DNA of 64,000 bases. Source: an uncultured delta proteobacterium (GTDB lineage Bacteria > Desulfobacterota > Binatia > Binatales > Binataceae). Both the position numbers and the translations under genes were made by a program. The notes under the pieces were generated by a model, which was not told the origin of the DNA, ran no database searches, and saw nothing but the letters and a program-made list of their open reading frames with translations. The stretch is from contig CAWEEQ010000004.1 of NCBI GenBank assembly GCA_963808235.1, positions 2,336,001 through 2,400,000 on the forward strand, written 5' to 3'. Each line of letters starts with the position of its first letter. The first letter of the stretch is position 1. This document shows positions 10,416 to 20,433 of the stretch, one piece after another.

Positions 10416-11306
10416 ATGAGCATCAAACATCTGGCGGCCTCGGCTTCCGGCGATGAAATCTGCGCGGCGCTTAATGAGGACGGAGCCTGCGTGGTCGATC
10501 ACGTTGTGGCGCCGGAGATCATGGACGAGGTCGCGGCGGAACTGCGTCCGTTCACCGAGGCTACCGCGTTCGGCCCCGATGATTTCAGCGGGCGGCGCAC
10601 CAAGCGCACCGGCGGTCTAATCGCGCGGTCGAAGACATGCCGGGACCTCGTGATGCATCCGACGGTGCTCGGCGGAGTCGGCAAGCTGCTCGGTCACGCC
10701 ACCAGCTTTCAGTTGCATCTGACGCAAATCATTTCGATCGGCGCGGGAGAGCCGGCGCAAACGATTCATCGCGATCAGTGGGCGTTTGATTTCTTCTCTT
10801 TTCCCCGCGGCTACGAGGTTCAGTGCAATACGATCTGGGCGATGACCGACTTCACGGCGGAGAACGGCGCGACGCGCGTCATTCCGGGAAGCAATCGATA
10901 CGACGACAAGCTGCGCTTTACCGAGAGCGATACCGAGCCGGCCGAGATGGCAAAGGGGTCGGTGCTATTCTATACGGGCAGCATCTACCACGGCGGCGGC
11001 GCCAACCGCTCGAATGGTACTCGCAGCGGAATTAACATTACCTACAACGTTTCGTGGTTGCGCCAGGAAGAAAACCAATACCTATCGTGCCCGCCGGAAA
11101 TTGCGCGGACGCTGCCGGTCGAGTTGCTCCGTCTGATGGGGTACAGGCTCGGCGCGTATGCCCTTGGCTACGTGGACGATCTGCGCGATCCGATCGAAGT
11201 AGTTCGTCCCGATTTGGCCCGAAATGGTTTCAGCCCCGTGCTGGATACGGAAAAATCTGCGCCGCCCTCGAATACTCAGTCGGTCAGATCGAACGGACAA
11301 AACTGA
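10416..11306 (+). CDS. Phytanoyl-CoA dioxygenase family Fe(II)/2-oxoglutarate oxygenase
   Basis: HRD, DFTAENGATRVIPGS, YHGGGAN and WLRQEENQY motifs; AGGAG ribosome-binding site. Confidence 0.88.
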   Translation: MSIKHLAASASGDEICAALNEDGACVVDHVVAPEIMDEVAAELRPFTEATAFGPDDFSGRRTKRTGGLIARSKTCRDLVMHPTVLGGVGKLLGHATSFQLHLTQIISIGAGEPAQTIHRDQWAFDFFSFPRGYEVQCNTIWAMTDFTAENGATRVIPGSNRYDDKLRFTESDTEPAEMAKGSVLFYTGSIYHGGGANRSNGTRSGINITYNVSWLRQEENQYLSCPPEIARTLPVELLRLMGYRLGAYALGYVDDLRDPIEVVRPDLARNGFSPVLDTEKSAPPSNTQSVRSNGQN

Positions 11307-11753
11307 TTAGTCAGTCGGGGTCCAGGACTCGTTGCCTTGCGATCCGGCCATTTTGTCCCGATCGGTTCCGATAAGTCCGAGATGGGTGCTTCCGAATGAA
11401 GTTGGATACTTGAGCCCATAGCCGAGAAAGCGATCCAGGCCAATGTGGGCGGTCCATATACAAAGGAACGGGAGTATCCCGGCTCTGTAGATGGCGATCG
11501 CGACCGTCGCCAGACCGAGCGGCAACAAGTAACTATGGACGATGTTGTAAGAGAGGCTCCCGGCTTTCGTGTTGAGAAGGTAGGGAAGCATCGCAAGATC
11601 GGGGACCAGGAGCAGCCCGATAAACATCCACCAGCTCGACCCTGTGTGCCAATAGAAAAGCGCGCTGAGTACCAGGACGGCCAGTCCTTCGGCTTTGAGC
11701 CAAGTGCGAACGGCGCCAGTGACGGCGCCGTCCGATAGTGCTTTAGCAGTCAT
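11307..11753 (-). CDS. DUF4260 family membrane protein
   Basis: PDLAM, YNIVHSY and AHIGLDRFLGYGLKY..F..THLG motifs. Confidence 0.85.
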   Translation of the reverse strand: MTAKALSDGAVTGAVRTWLKAEGLAVLVLSALFYWHTGSSWWMFIGLLLVPDLAMLPYLLNTKAGSLSYNIVHSYLLPLGLATVAIAIYRAGILPFLCIWTAHIGLDRFLGYGLKYPTSFGSTHLGLIGTDRDKMAGSQGNESWTPTD

Positions 11754-11837
11754 TTCGACGAGCCCCTCCTTACCGTCGCAAAATCTCCTGGCTCGTCGCT
11801 GAGGCTCAAGGCCGTAGCTTCGATTAGACTCGCGAGA

Positions 11838-12863
11838 CTATTGCGGGTCGGCGAGCTTTAGCAGTTGCTTGCCGAAGTTTGCGCCGGTGAACAGGCGGAT
11901 GATCGTTTTCGGCGCGTTCTCGAGGCCATGCTGCAGGTCGACCTGATTTTTGAGTTTTCCTTCCGCATACCATTTCTGCAGGTCGGCAATCGCCTCGGAG
12001 TAGCGCTGGAGGAAATGAAAGACGAGGAATCCTTCCATCCGCGCGTGATGCAGGATCAGGTTGAAGTAATTCTTCGGACCGGTCGGCTGTTTGCTGCCCA
12101 TGTCGTTGTATTGCGAGATCGCGCCGCACACAACGATTCGAGCACGGTCGGCGATCCGCGCGAGTGCATCATCGAGGATCTCGCCGCCGACGTTGTCGAA
12201 GTAGACGTCGATCCCCTTGGGGCAGTGGCGCGACAGCGCCGCGCCGACTTTCTCGTTCTTGTAATCGATCGCGGCGTCGAATTCGGCCACCTTCGTGAGC
12301 CATTCGCACTTCTCGCGTCCGCCCGCGATTCCGACCACGTTGCATCCTTTGATCTTTGCGATCATGCCGGAAACTGAGCCGGTGGCGCCGGCCGCACCGG
12401 AGACCACGAATGTCTCGCCCGCTTTCGCCTGCCCGACCGCAAGCGTGCCGAAGTATGCGGTCAATCCGGTCGTTCCGAACAGTGAAAGCGCCAGGACTGG
12501 ATCGGTGCCTGCGGGCAGCTTTTGCAATCCCATCAGGCCCTCACCGCCGTTGACCGTGTAGTCCTCCCATCCGAAGAGTCCCTGCACGAGATCGCCCTTG
12601 GCGAAGCCGGGCCGCTTTGATTCCACGACTTGTCCGATGGTGCCGGCCTTCATCACCTCGCCAATTGGGATCGCCTTCATGTAAGTATCCATCGACATCC
12701 ACCCGCGCTGGGTCGGGTCGAACGAGAAGGCGAGATTGCGCACCAGGACCTGTCCATCCTTGAGCGGCGCGACTGGCGCTTCATTCCATCGGAAATCGCT
12801 TTCCTTGATCATGCCGCTCGGGCGCGCCGCGAGCAGCCATTGCCGATTTTTCAGTTCTGCCAT
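11838..12863 (-). CDS. NADP-dependent oxidoreductase (prostaglandin reductase/CurA-like MDR)
   Basis: LAARP.G, DPTQRGWM, SGAAGATG, YFDNVGG and GANFGK motifs. Confidence 0.9.
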   Translation of the reverse strand: MAELKNRQWLLAARPSGMIKESDFRWNEAPVAPLKDGQVLVRNLAFSFDPTQRGWMSMDTYMKAIPIGEVMKAGTIGQVVESKRPGFAKGDLVQGLFGWEDYTVNGGEGLMGLQKLPAGTDPVLALSLFGTTGLTAYFGTLAVGQAKAGETFVVSGAAGATGSVSGMIAKIKGCNVVGIAGGREKCEWLTKVAEFDAAIDYKNEKVGAALSRHCPKGIDVYFDNVGGEILDDALARIADRARIVVCGAISQYNDMGSKQPTGPKNYFNLILHHARMEGFLVFHFLQRYSEAIADLQKWYAEGKLKNQVDLQHGLENAPKTIIRLFTGANFGKQLLKLADPQ

Positions 12864-13000
12864 CGAGATATCTCCGGAACCGAACTTGCCTACCTGGAAC
12901 TGGACTTAGCGGATAAGCAAAAAAGTCGCAAACCTCTTTCCCGGAATCAAGGGCGACACAAATCGAAGAAGGTCTATAATGTACGCGAGGCGCGGCGAAA

Positions 13001-13645
13001 GTGAGCGTCAATATTCGAGCGGGAAAAAGAGAAGACGCGAGCTTTCTGGCGCGGGTGATGATGCTCTCGTCGCGGGGCCATCTGCAGCGCGGGGTCTGGG
13101 ATCTGATTGCCGGAGGTTCGGAGCAATACTGCCAGGACTATCTGCGGCGGCTCGCGCTAACGGAGCCGGTGTCGCTGTGTCACTATTCGAGTTTCATCGT
13201 CGCGGAGCACGATCGCATTCCGGCGGCGGCGCTGTGCGGATTCGATCCGACCGCGGGTGGATGGCAACTGCTGGCGGAGGCGATGAAGAACGTCCAGCGA
13301 GCTATGGGCTGGAGTCAAACGCACGAAAAGGCGTCGGCCGAGCGATCGGCGCCGGTCTGGACCTGCACGTTCGACACGCTCGACGGCGCGTGGGTGATCG
13401 AGTCGGTCGCGACGATGCCCGAGTTCCGCAGGCGCGGCCTGGCCGATTCGTTGATGGCTGAGATACTCGAAGCCGGCCGGGCAGGCGGGCATCGGCTCGC
13501 CCAGCTCACGATTCTCATCGGCAATGTTGCGGCGCAGCGCGCTTACGAGAAGGCCGGGTTCAGAGTGCTGGACGAAAAGCGGCATCGCGACTTCGAGGCC
13601 GCGCTCGGCGCGCCGGGCTTCATGCGGATGGTCCGCGATTACTAG
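13001..13645 (+). CDS. GNAT family N-acetyltransferase
   Basis: Acetyl-CoA motif FRRRGLA and N..A..AYEKAGF. Confidence 0.85.
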   Translation: MSVNIRAGKREDASFLARVMMLSSRGHLQRGVWDLIAGGSEQYCQDYLRRLALTEPVSLCHYSSFIVAEHDRIPAAALCGFDPTAGGWQLLAEAMKNVQRAMGWSQTHEKASAERSAPVWTCTFDTLDGAWVIESVATMPEFRRRGLADSLMAEILEAGRAGGHRLAQLTILIGNVAAQRAYEKAGFRVLDEKRHRDFEAALGAPGFMRMVRDY

Positions 13646-13714
13646 TCGGCACTATACTCAGTAGGGTGATTGGCATAGCTACTGAGTAATCGCCGGGGAC
13701 AAGGAGAAGCATCC

Positions 13715-14479
13715 ATGTCAATGATGGGACGGTTCGTGCAGGTCACGCCGGAGCGGCTTGCTCAAATCATCGACGATCCTTCGCAGGTAACTGCGCTGCT
13801 CGAAGGCGATGAGAGTTCCGGCGCCCCCGGCGGATTCCCGTCGGGGCCGATCGGAGACATGACGCAGTTGCTGGCTCGCGCTCCGAAGCTTCTCGAGGCT
13901 TCCATGAAGACGATGGATCCGGCGATGAGAGAAATGATCAAGCAGCGGCTTGCCGCCGCGGGAATCAACACCGACGCGATGGCGAGCGGCAAAGACGCCG
14001 ACGCACTCGTGAAATTGATGACCGAACGCAGCCAGGCGCTCGCCGCGAAGCTCGGCACGCGAACGCCGGGTAAAACGCCTGCCCCTTTCGGCAAATCGAG
14101 CCCGGGCGCCAAGATCTCAATCGATAAAGCGTGGCACGGAGTCCACTACCTGCTATGCGGTCAGGTCGAGCCCGGCGCCACCATTCCGAGTCAGGCCGTG
14201 ATGGGCGGGACCGAGATCGGCGAAGATCTCGGCTACGGCCCGGCACGATACTTCGTGGCCGACAAGGTGCGCGAGATCGCCGAGGAACTGAGCCGCCCCG
14301 ATCTCGAAGCGGAAATGATCGCGCGCTACGATCCCCACGAGATGGTCCGCCTGGGAATCTATCCCGACGGTTGGAAGCCTGGTGATAGGGGTTGGCTGAT
14401 GGAAGCGTTTCACTGCCTGCGGCAATTCTATCTCGACGCAAGCGCAGCAAACCTGGCCGTCATCGCGACGCTGGATTGA
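13715..14479 (+). CDS. YfbM/DUF1877 family protein with an internal insertion
   Basis: MSM.G start, IDKAWHGVHYLL, GYGPARY and IYP motifs. Confidence 0.8.
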   Translation: MSMMGRFVQVTPERLAQIIDDPSQVTALLEGDESSGAPGGFPSGPIGDMTQLLARAPKLLEASMKTMDPAMREMIKQRLAAAGINTDAMASGKDADALVKLMTERSQALAAKLGTRTPGKTPAPFGKSSPGAKISIDKAWHGVHYLLCGQVEPGATIPSQAVMGGTEIGEDLGYGPARYFVADKVREIAEELSRPDLEAEMIARYDPHEMVRLGIYPDGWKPGDRGWLMEAFHCLRQFYLDASAANLAVIATLD

Positions 14480-14482
14480 ACG

Positions 14483-15190
14483 CTAGAAATTGCGCTGGCC
14501 GAAGAAGACGGCGTTGATGCCGCGTTTGGTCGCAGCGATCGCTTCCGGCGATTTCGCCGCCATCGATTTAGCCAGTTCCCGCGCGGCCGGCATCAACTCG
14601 GCGGGCTTCACGACTCGATTCAGCAGGCCCATCGCGAGCAGCTCCTCAGCCTTGTAGTGGCTGCATCCGAGGATAGCTTCCTTGGCGCGCCATGGACCGA
14701 GCCTCGCGGCGAGCACGTTGGCCGGCGCGCCGCGAAACGGCACCTCGAGATCGACTTCCGGCACCCAGAACTCAGCGCCCTCGACCGCGATTGCAAAATC
14801 GAGCGCGAGTGCGAATGACCATCCGCCGCCGACTGCGGCGCCGTTGATCGCGCCGATCGTTACCTGGTCGAGATGCGCCAGCACGTCGAATGCGCGTCCG
14901 ATCAGCCGGGGCAATCTTTTTGCGAAGTCGCTCGCGCGTCGGCGCTGCTCGCCAGGATCGGTCGGGGAGCCGGCGTCATCCCTGAATAGGGCTGTGTCGG
15001 CGCCGGCGCAAAATGCGGCGCCCTGCCCGGTCACGATCAAGACGCGGCAGTCGCGATCATCTCGGACTTCCTGAAGATGGCGCTCGAATTCGAGGATCAC
15101 TTCCTGGTTCAAACAGTTGCGGCGCTCGGGGCGGCTGAAGGTCAGCGTGGTGATCGGACCTTCTTTCTCGACGAGGAAGTTTGATGGCAT
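14483..15190 (-). CDS. Enoyl-CoA hydratase/isomerase family protein
   Basis: RPERRN, AFCAGAD, AINGAAVGGG and PEV motifs. Confidence 0.88.
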   Translation of the reverse strand: MPSNFLVEKEGPITTLTFSRPERRNCLNQEVILEFERHLQEVRDDRDCRVLIVTGQGAAFCAGADTALFRDDAGSPTDPGEQRRRASDFAKRLPRLIGRAFDVLAHLDQVTIGAINGAAVGGGWSFALALDFAIAVEGAEFWVPEVDLEVPFRGAPANVLAARLGPWRAKEAILGCSHYKAEELLAMGLLNRVVKPAELMPAARELAKSMAAKSPEAIAATKRGINAVFFGQRNF

Positions 15191-15253
15191 CAGGTCTACT
15201 GTTTACTGGTTGAATCGGCGGAAAACCAGCAATTCGTAAAATCTGTTGAGGCG

Positions 15254-16801
15254 TTACGGAGTGCAGCGGCCCGTGCGGATTGCGATTTCGCGCAGCTTGG
15301 CGACGCGCAACTTGATTGCGCGGCTGCGGCGCAGCCGTTCCAGGGTCATCGGCAATCTATATGTCCAGTTCGAATCGTCGACCGTGCCTGGGCGGTTGAT
15401 TTGATCGGTCCATCCGTACAAATCCTGAATCGGAATGATCAGCAGGCGCGACGGAGCCGCGTAGAGCGCCGCGAGGATCGCGTCGCGCGCTGAGTCGTCG
15501 AGCATCGCCCGCGGATTCAGCCGCATTTCAATTCCGAGCGCGCGCACCAGCTTTTCGCGATCGGCAATGGACTGCTCGCTCCACCACGTCGTGAGAGATT
15601 CCGTATCGTGGGTGCCAGTGGTCGCAAGCGACAATTCAGGATAGGTCGCGGGGCTCAGAAACGTTTCGTCGGGTTCGCCCCAATTGCGCTCCCATTGCAT
15701 CACCTTGTATCCCGGCACACCGAGATGCGTAAGCGATGCGCGCACCCATGGCGGCACGGTGCCGAGGTCCTCCGCGATGATCTCAGCGGTGCCGGCTTCG
15801 TTCTTGATAGCGCGGACGATCTCCTCGCCCTGGATTCGCTGCTGGTCTTCGTTCTCGGGGGTGAAGACTCCGGCTTCATCGGAATCGGCGCCAAAGTTGA
15901 AAGTTCGATAAAGCCCGACCACGTGATCGATGCGGATCAAATCGTAGCGCGAACTGGCGAGACGAACGCGCGCACGCAGGAATGTGAAGCCGTTGACGCG
16001 CATCCGCTCCCAGTGCGGCAGCGGCAGACCCCATCGCTGACCGGTGAGATTGAAACCGTCGGGGGGCGCGCCGACCGAGCGCACGAGATCGAAGTCATTT
16101 TGATTGGCCCATACTTCGGCGCTCTCGCGGCACGGCGAGAACGCAAGGTCGCCGCCAATTCGCACTCCGCGCGCGGCCGCGTACGCGCGCATCGATGACC
16201 ACTGACGATGCGCGACGAATTGCCAGTAGCGGTACATCTCGATCGAGTCGGCCAATTCGCGCCACGCCGCCGCGAGCGCTTTGGGATCGCGGCGGACTAG
16301 CTCGGCGGGCCACGACTCCCAGCTCGACCATTCGAAATGTTCTTTCAACGCACGGAACAACGCGTAGTCGTCGAGCCAGTAGGCATTGGCCGTCGCGAAG
16401 GCCCCACGCTGCGCGGCCTCGTCGCGTCCGTCACGCGCGCCAGTCGCGCGATATGCGCGCTCGAGCAGAGCCAGCTTTTCGCGCCGCACCGTCAACCGAG
16501 GAACGACGCTTGCCTTTCCGACCGCCGTGCGTGCGCGGGCGAGCACGACGCGCCCTACTCCGGGAAGGTCGCGGATCGAGATGTACATTGGATCGATCGC
16601 ATTCACGCTTAGCGCACTGTAGGGGCTCTGTTCGTCGGGGCCGGTCTCGTCGAGCGGCAGGAGCTGGATCACCGAGCAGCCCATCTCGATCGCGAAATCG
16701 ATCGTCGGCGCGAGATCGAGAATCTCGCCGCGTCCGAGACTGTCGCGGGTGCGAAGTGAGAAGAGCGGCACAAGAACGCCCGCCGATCGGGTGACCATCA
16801 C
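15254..16801 (-). CDS. malQ: 4-alpha-glucanotransferase (amylomaltase, GH77)
   Basis: QLLPL, SPYS, GAPPD, GQRWGLP, RIDHVVG, AEDLG, TGTHDT and INRPGT..NW motifs. Confidence 0.92.
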   Translation of the reverse strand: MMVTRSAGVLVPLFSLRTRDSLGRGEILDLAPTIDFAIEMGCSVIQLLPLDETGPDEQSPYSALSVNAIDPMYISIRDLPGVGRVVLARARTAVGKASVVPRLTVRREKLALLERAYRATGARDGRDEAAQRGAFATANAYWLDDYALFRALKEHFEWSSWESWPAELVRRDPKALAAAWRELADSIEMYRYWQFVAHRQWSSMRAYAAARGVRIGGDLAFSPCRESAEVWANQNDFDLVRSVGAPPDGFNLTGQRWGLPLPHWERMRVNGFTFLRARVRLASSRYDLIRIDHVVGLYRTFNFGADSDEAGVFTPENEDQQRIQGEEIVRAIKNEAGTAEIIAEDLGTVPPWVRASLTHLGVPGYKVMQWERNWGEPDETFLSPATYPELSLATTGTHDTESLTTWWSEQSIADREKLVRALGIEMRLNPRAMLDDSARDAILAALYAAPSRLLIIPIQDLYGWTDQINRPGTVDDSNWTYRLPMTLERLRRSRAIKLRVAKLREIAIRTGRCTP

Positions 16802-16851
16802 GTGGACTGCATCTTGCTTGAGTTCTCAGGGATTCCGGCAATCGCGATTGT

Positions 16852-17610
16852 TCAGATCACGTAGCCGCCGTTGGGGCTGATTACCTGGCCGACCATGAAT
16901 TTCGAATCCTCGCAGGCGAGGAACAGCGCGGCGGCGGCGATGTCACTTGGCTCTCCGAAGCGGCCAATCGGCGTGATCGCTTCTATCTGCTGGCGCATCT
17001 CGCCTTCGATGAACGAGGTCATCGGCGTGTCGATGAAGCCGGGCGCGATGCAATTGACGAGGATTCCCATCGCCACCACTTCGCGCGCGACTGACTTCGT
17101 AAACGAGATGATCCCGCCCTTCGCCGCGCAGTAGTCCGACGCGAACGCGAGCCCGGTCGTGCCTGCGATCGAACCGAGGTTAATGATGCGGCCTGACAGT
17201 TTCGGGATCATCACCTTGAGCGCCTCGCGGGTGCAGAAGAACGTCGAGTCGAGATGCGTCGCGAGCATCTTGTGCCAATCCTCGTCGGTCTTTTCGTGAG
17301 TGGGGATGACCTCGCTCGACTCGCGAATCCGTCCAACGCCCGCATTGTTAATGAGTATGTCGATAGTGCCAAACGCCGCGATGAAGTCGGTGAACATTTT
17401 CTTGACGGCCGCGCTGCTCGAGACGTCGGCGACGAAAGGCCGCGCCTTGCCGCCGGCGCGCTCGATCTCCGTCGCGACGTTTTGCGCGGATTCGGGCTTG
17501 ATGTCGTTGACGCCGACCTTTGCACCCTCGCGCGCGAAGGTCAGTCCCATCTCGCGGCCTAGACCTGATCCTCCGCCGGTGATCAGCACGACTTTGTCTT
17601 TCAGCTTCAT
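16852..17610 (-). CDS. SDR family oxidoreductase (FabG-like)
   Basis: TGGGSGLG, NNAG, YCAAK and PGFIDT motifs. Confidence 0.9.
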   Translation of the reverse strand: MKLKDKVVLITGGGSGLGREMGLTFAREGAKVGVNDIKPESAQNVATEIERAGGKARPFVADVSSSAAVKKMFTDFIAAFGTIDILINNAGVGRIRESSEVIPTHEKTDEDWHKMLATHLDSTFFCTREALKVMIPKLSGRIINLGSIAGTTGLAFASDYCAAKGGIISFTKSVAREVVAMGILVNCIAPGFIDTPMTSFIEGEMRQQIEAITPIGRFGEPSDIAAAALFLACEDSKFMVGQVISPNGGYVI

Positions 17611-17636
17611 CGCGACCCTCTCTCCACTTCATGTTC

Positions 17637-17656
17637 CCCTTCCCTCAAGGGAAGGG
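17637..17656. repeat. Short perfect intergenic palindrome (REP-like)
   Basis: CCCTTCCCT-CA-AGGGAAGGG between the TPR gene stop and the SDR start. Confidence 0.5.
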
Positions 17657-17661
17657 TTTGG

Positions 17662-18000
17662 CTATTTCTTGCCTTCCTTGAGTTGGCGTTTCCAATCGAG
17701 CCGGCGCGCTTCGGCGCCAGCAGCCTCGGCTTCCTGAATCATGCCCTTCTTCTGGTAGAACATGCTGAGGTTGGTAAACGCCAAAATGTCTTCGGGCGCC
17801 TGCTCGATAAACTTTTTCGTCAGCTCGATAGCCGAATCGAGATCGCCCTTGGCCTGATAGCACATGGTCATCCCATGGAGGGCGTCGACAAACTTGGGAT
17901 CGATCTCGAGCGCCTGCTTGTATAGCGCGATCGCTTCGTCGAATTTATCGTCGGCGTACGCGTCGATCGCTTCGTCGTAAAGCTCTTCCTTGTCGGCCAT
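17662..18000 (-). CDS. Small TPR protein
   Basis: Tandem TPR helices (AIALYKQALEIDP..; ..TNLSMFYQKKGMIQEAE). Confidence 0.85.
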   Translation of the reverse strand: MADKEELYDEAIDAYADDKFDEAIALYKQALEIDPKFVDALHGMTMCYQAKGDLDSAIELTKKFIEQAPEDILAFTNLSMFYQKKGMIQEAEAAGAEARRLDWKRQLKEGKK

Positions 18001-18077
18001 CGTGAAACCTCCGCTGATGCAGGAGGGACGCACGGATACCGCGCGCCGCCACCCTCTTATATACTAGCTAGTGTCTT

Positions 18078-18395
18078 ATGGAGAATTCACCCGCACTCAC
18101 TGAAGCCGAAGTCTACGAAGTGCTGCGCGAGTGCTACGACCCCGAAATACCGGTAAACCTCGTCGACCTTGGATTGATTTACGGCGTTGAGATCGAGAAC
18201 CGCGTAGTCAACGTCACGATGACGCTGACGGCGCCCGGCTGCCAGATGGGCATGATGATCACGCAGGAGATCCAGGACAAGCTGCTCGGGATTCCCGGAT
18301 GCGACGACGCCCTGGTGGAGATTGTGTGGGATCCGCCGTGGACGCCGCACATGATGACCGAGGCAGCGAAAAAGCAACTAAAGATCGACGACTGA
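18078..18395 (+). CDS. DUF59/SufT-like metal-sulfur cluster assembly factor
   Basis: DPEIPVNLVDLGLIY, MTLTAPGC and VWDPPWT motifs. Confidence 0.92.
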   Translation: MENSPALTEAEVYEVLRECYDPEIPVNLVDLGLIYGVEIENRVVNVTMTLTAPGCQMGMMITQEIQDKLLGIPGCDDALVEIVWDPPWTPHMMTEAAKKQLKIDD

Positions 18396-18398
18396 CGA

Positions 18399-18638
18399 CT
18401 AGTGTTCGGGAACGATTCGCAGATCAGCACTAACCGGTATTTCAAACAGATCGCCGCGTAAGAGGCGCGTTGAGAAGAACAAAACCTCGACGTTTTCGAC
18501 TTCACCCGATTCAGGATTGAGCCGCACCACGACTTCGTCGGGCAGTTCTTCTGACTTTTGCGCCGGATACGGATCGCGTTTGTTGATGTACAAAATGTCG
18601 GCATCGCGGTCATATTTGAAACTTAACTTTGCTTCCAT
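18399..18638 (-). CDS. DUF2283 family protein (orphan antitoxin-like)
   Basis: YDRDADILYI..G.VE.VEVL pattern; no adjacent toxin ORF. Confidence 0.75.
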   Translation of the reverse strand: MEAKLSFKYDRDADILYINKRDPYPAQKSEELPDEVVVRLNPESGEVENVEVLFFSTRLLRGDLFEIPVSADLRIVPEH

Positions 18639-18708
18639 TCGACATCTCCTGCCGCGATACTGCGCGCGATGTACGGACACGCGAACTTCTTCAAGTTGCC
18701 GCTCCCCT

Positions 18709-20322
18709 TCAGTCAGGATCGATCAGCACCCCCGGATTCAGAATCGAGCGCGGATCGAGAGCCTTTTTTGCGGCCTTGAGCGCGAGTGCGAAGCCGTCGG
18801 GACGCTGGCGATCGTACCACGGCCGATGATAGCGGCCGACGGCGTGATGATGCGTGATCGTGCCGCCCAACTTGATCAGCTTGTCCGATACCGCGGATTT
18901 GATTTCATTCCACTGCTCGATTTCGGAGCCGCGTCTTCCCGGCGCAAGCACCGTGTAGTACGGCGCGGGACCGTCGGGGTAGACGTGCGTGAATCGGCAC
19001 GTCACCGAACCCTTGCCGCACACGCGCGCGATCGCGTCGCGCGCGCATTCCATCATCTGACGATGAAAGTCCGGAAACCGCTCCCACGTGATCGAAGTCT
19101 CGAAAGTATCGCTGACCATTCCGAGCGCGGCGACGGTATCCATCAGGTACGGCGCGTTCAGGAACGCGTTGCGCCATGCTCCCGCCGAGCCTTCGTGAGT
19201 TGCGTCGGCGTCGGTGCGAGTCTTTGCCGCGTCGGCGGGAACTTTGCCGCCGTGATCGGCGCAGCACTCGAGCGCGCGCTTCATCCATGGTTCCAGTGGA
19301 TGATCTGCGGACTCGAACGCGAGCACCAGCACGGCTTCCTCGCCATTGCCGGCGCCGGAGTTGAACGCCTCGCCTTCATCCAGGACGCGGCAATTCGCGG
19401 GATAGATTCCGGCCTGTGAGATCTGGCGAACTGCTTCGGCCGCTTTGAAGATGTCGGGAAACGGTACCGACGCGCCGGCGCGAAAGGTGGGCCGATCCTG
19501 CAGGCGCATCCACGCTTCAGTAATAACGCCGAGGATTCCTTCCGAGCCGATGAACATCCGATCGGGACTCGGGCCCGCGCCGGAACCGGGTAATCGGCGC
19601 GACTCGACGATTCCAGTTGGAGTGACGACGCGAAGCGACTCGACGAAATCGTCGATGTGCGTATAGAGCGTCGCGAAGTGACCGCCCGAGCGAGTCGCGA
19701 TCCATCCGCCGAGCGTCGAGAACTCGAACGACTGCGGGAAATGCCGAATCGTCAGTCCGTGCGACTTGAGCTGCGCGTCGAGCGCGGGGCCGTAAACTCC
19801 CGCCTGGATTCGCGCGGCGCGCGAGACATTGTCGACTTCGAGGACTTTGTCCAGATGCATCAGATCGATCGAGACCGCGCCGCGATAGCGATCGTCGTTG
19901 GGCGGCTCAACTCCACCGACGACGCTCGATCCGCCGCCGTAAGGAACCGCCGCCAGCCGCGCACCGTCGCACCATTCGAGCAGCCGGAGCAGATCGTGCT
20001 CATCGCGCGGATACGCAACCAGGTCGATTGGATTTGGGTAGTCGCGCCGGAACGCGCGCCGGATATCGCCGGAACTCTTGCCGTAGGTGTGCCCCGCGCG
20101 CTCGTGGATGCTGGTCGAGCAAAGCGCTTCGAGTGCGGGCGGTGGCTTGATACGCGGCGCGCGGAGATTTAGTTCGCTCTCTTTTGGTGGCGGTATGAGT
20201 TCGAGCGGGCCAAGGCCGAATCGCTTGGCCATCCGCTCGGCCATATGCTTTTGCTGCTCGAGATTCGGCCCCTGATCTTCGTAACCCCATCCCCAAAACT
20301 TTCGCTTGCGATTCTCCGCCAT
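18709..20322 (-). CDS. FAD-binding oxidoreductase, alkyl-dihydroxyacetonephosphate synthase-like
   Basis: FWGWG, PYGGGSSVVGG, HFPQSFEFSTLGGWIATRSGG, GSEG and HHHAVG motifs. Confidence 0.88.
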   Translation of the reverse strand: MAENRKRKFWGWGYEDQGPNLEQQKHMAERMAKRFGLGPLELIPPPKESELNLRAPRIKPPPALEALCSTSIHERAGHTYGKSSGDIRRAFRRDYPNPIDLVAYPRDEHDLLRLLEWCDGARLAAVPYGGGSSVVGGVEPPNDDRYRGAVSIDLMHLDKVLEVDNVSRAARIQAGVYGPALDAQLKSHGLTIRHFPQSFEFSTLGGWIATRSGGHFATLYTHIDDFVESLRVVTPTGIVESRRLPGSGAGPSPDRMFIGSEGILGVITEAWMRLQDRPTFRAGASVPFPDIFKAAEAVRQISQAGIYPANCRVLDEGEAFNSGAGNGEEAVLVLAFESADHPLEPWMKRALECCADHGGKVPADAAKTRTDADATHEGSAGAWRNAFLNAPYLMDTVAALGMVSDTFETSITWERFPDFHRQMMECARDAIARVCGKGSVTCRFTHVYPDGPAPYYTVLAPGRRGSEIEQWNEIKSAVSDKLIKLGGTITHHHAVGRYHRPWYDRQRPDGFALALKAAKKALDPRSILNPGVLIDPD

Positions 20323-20433
20323 AGAAATGTTCCTCGCATTTGCCGACTGCGCGATTTTGCGCTTGACGCAGCTTAGAGGGCAAACGCGAATTGAAGCTTG
20401 CGCAGATCCGGGTGAGGTCGTATCAATCAAGTC

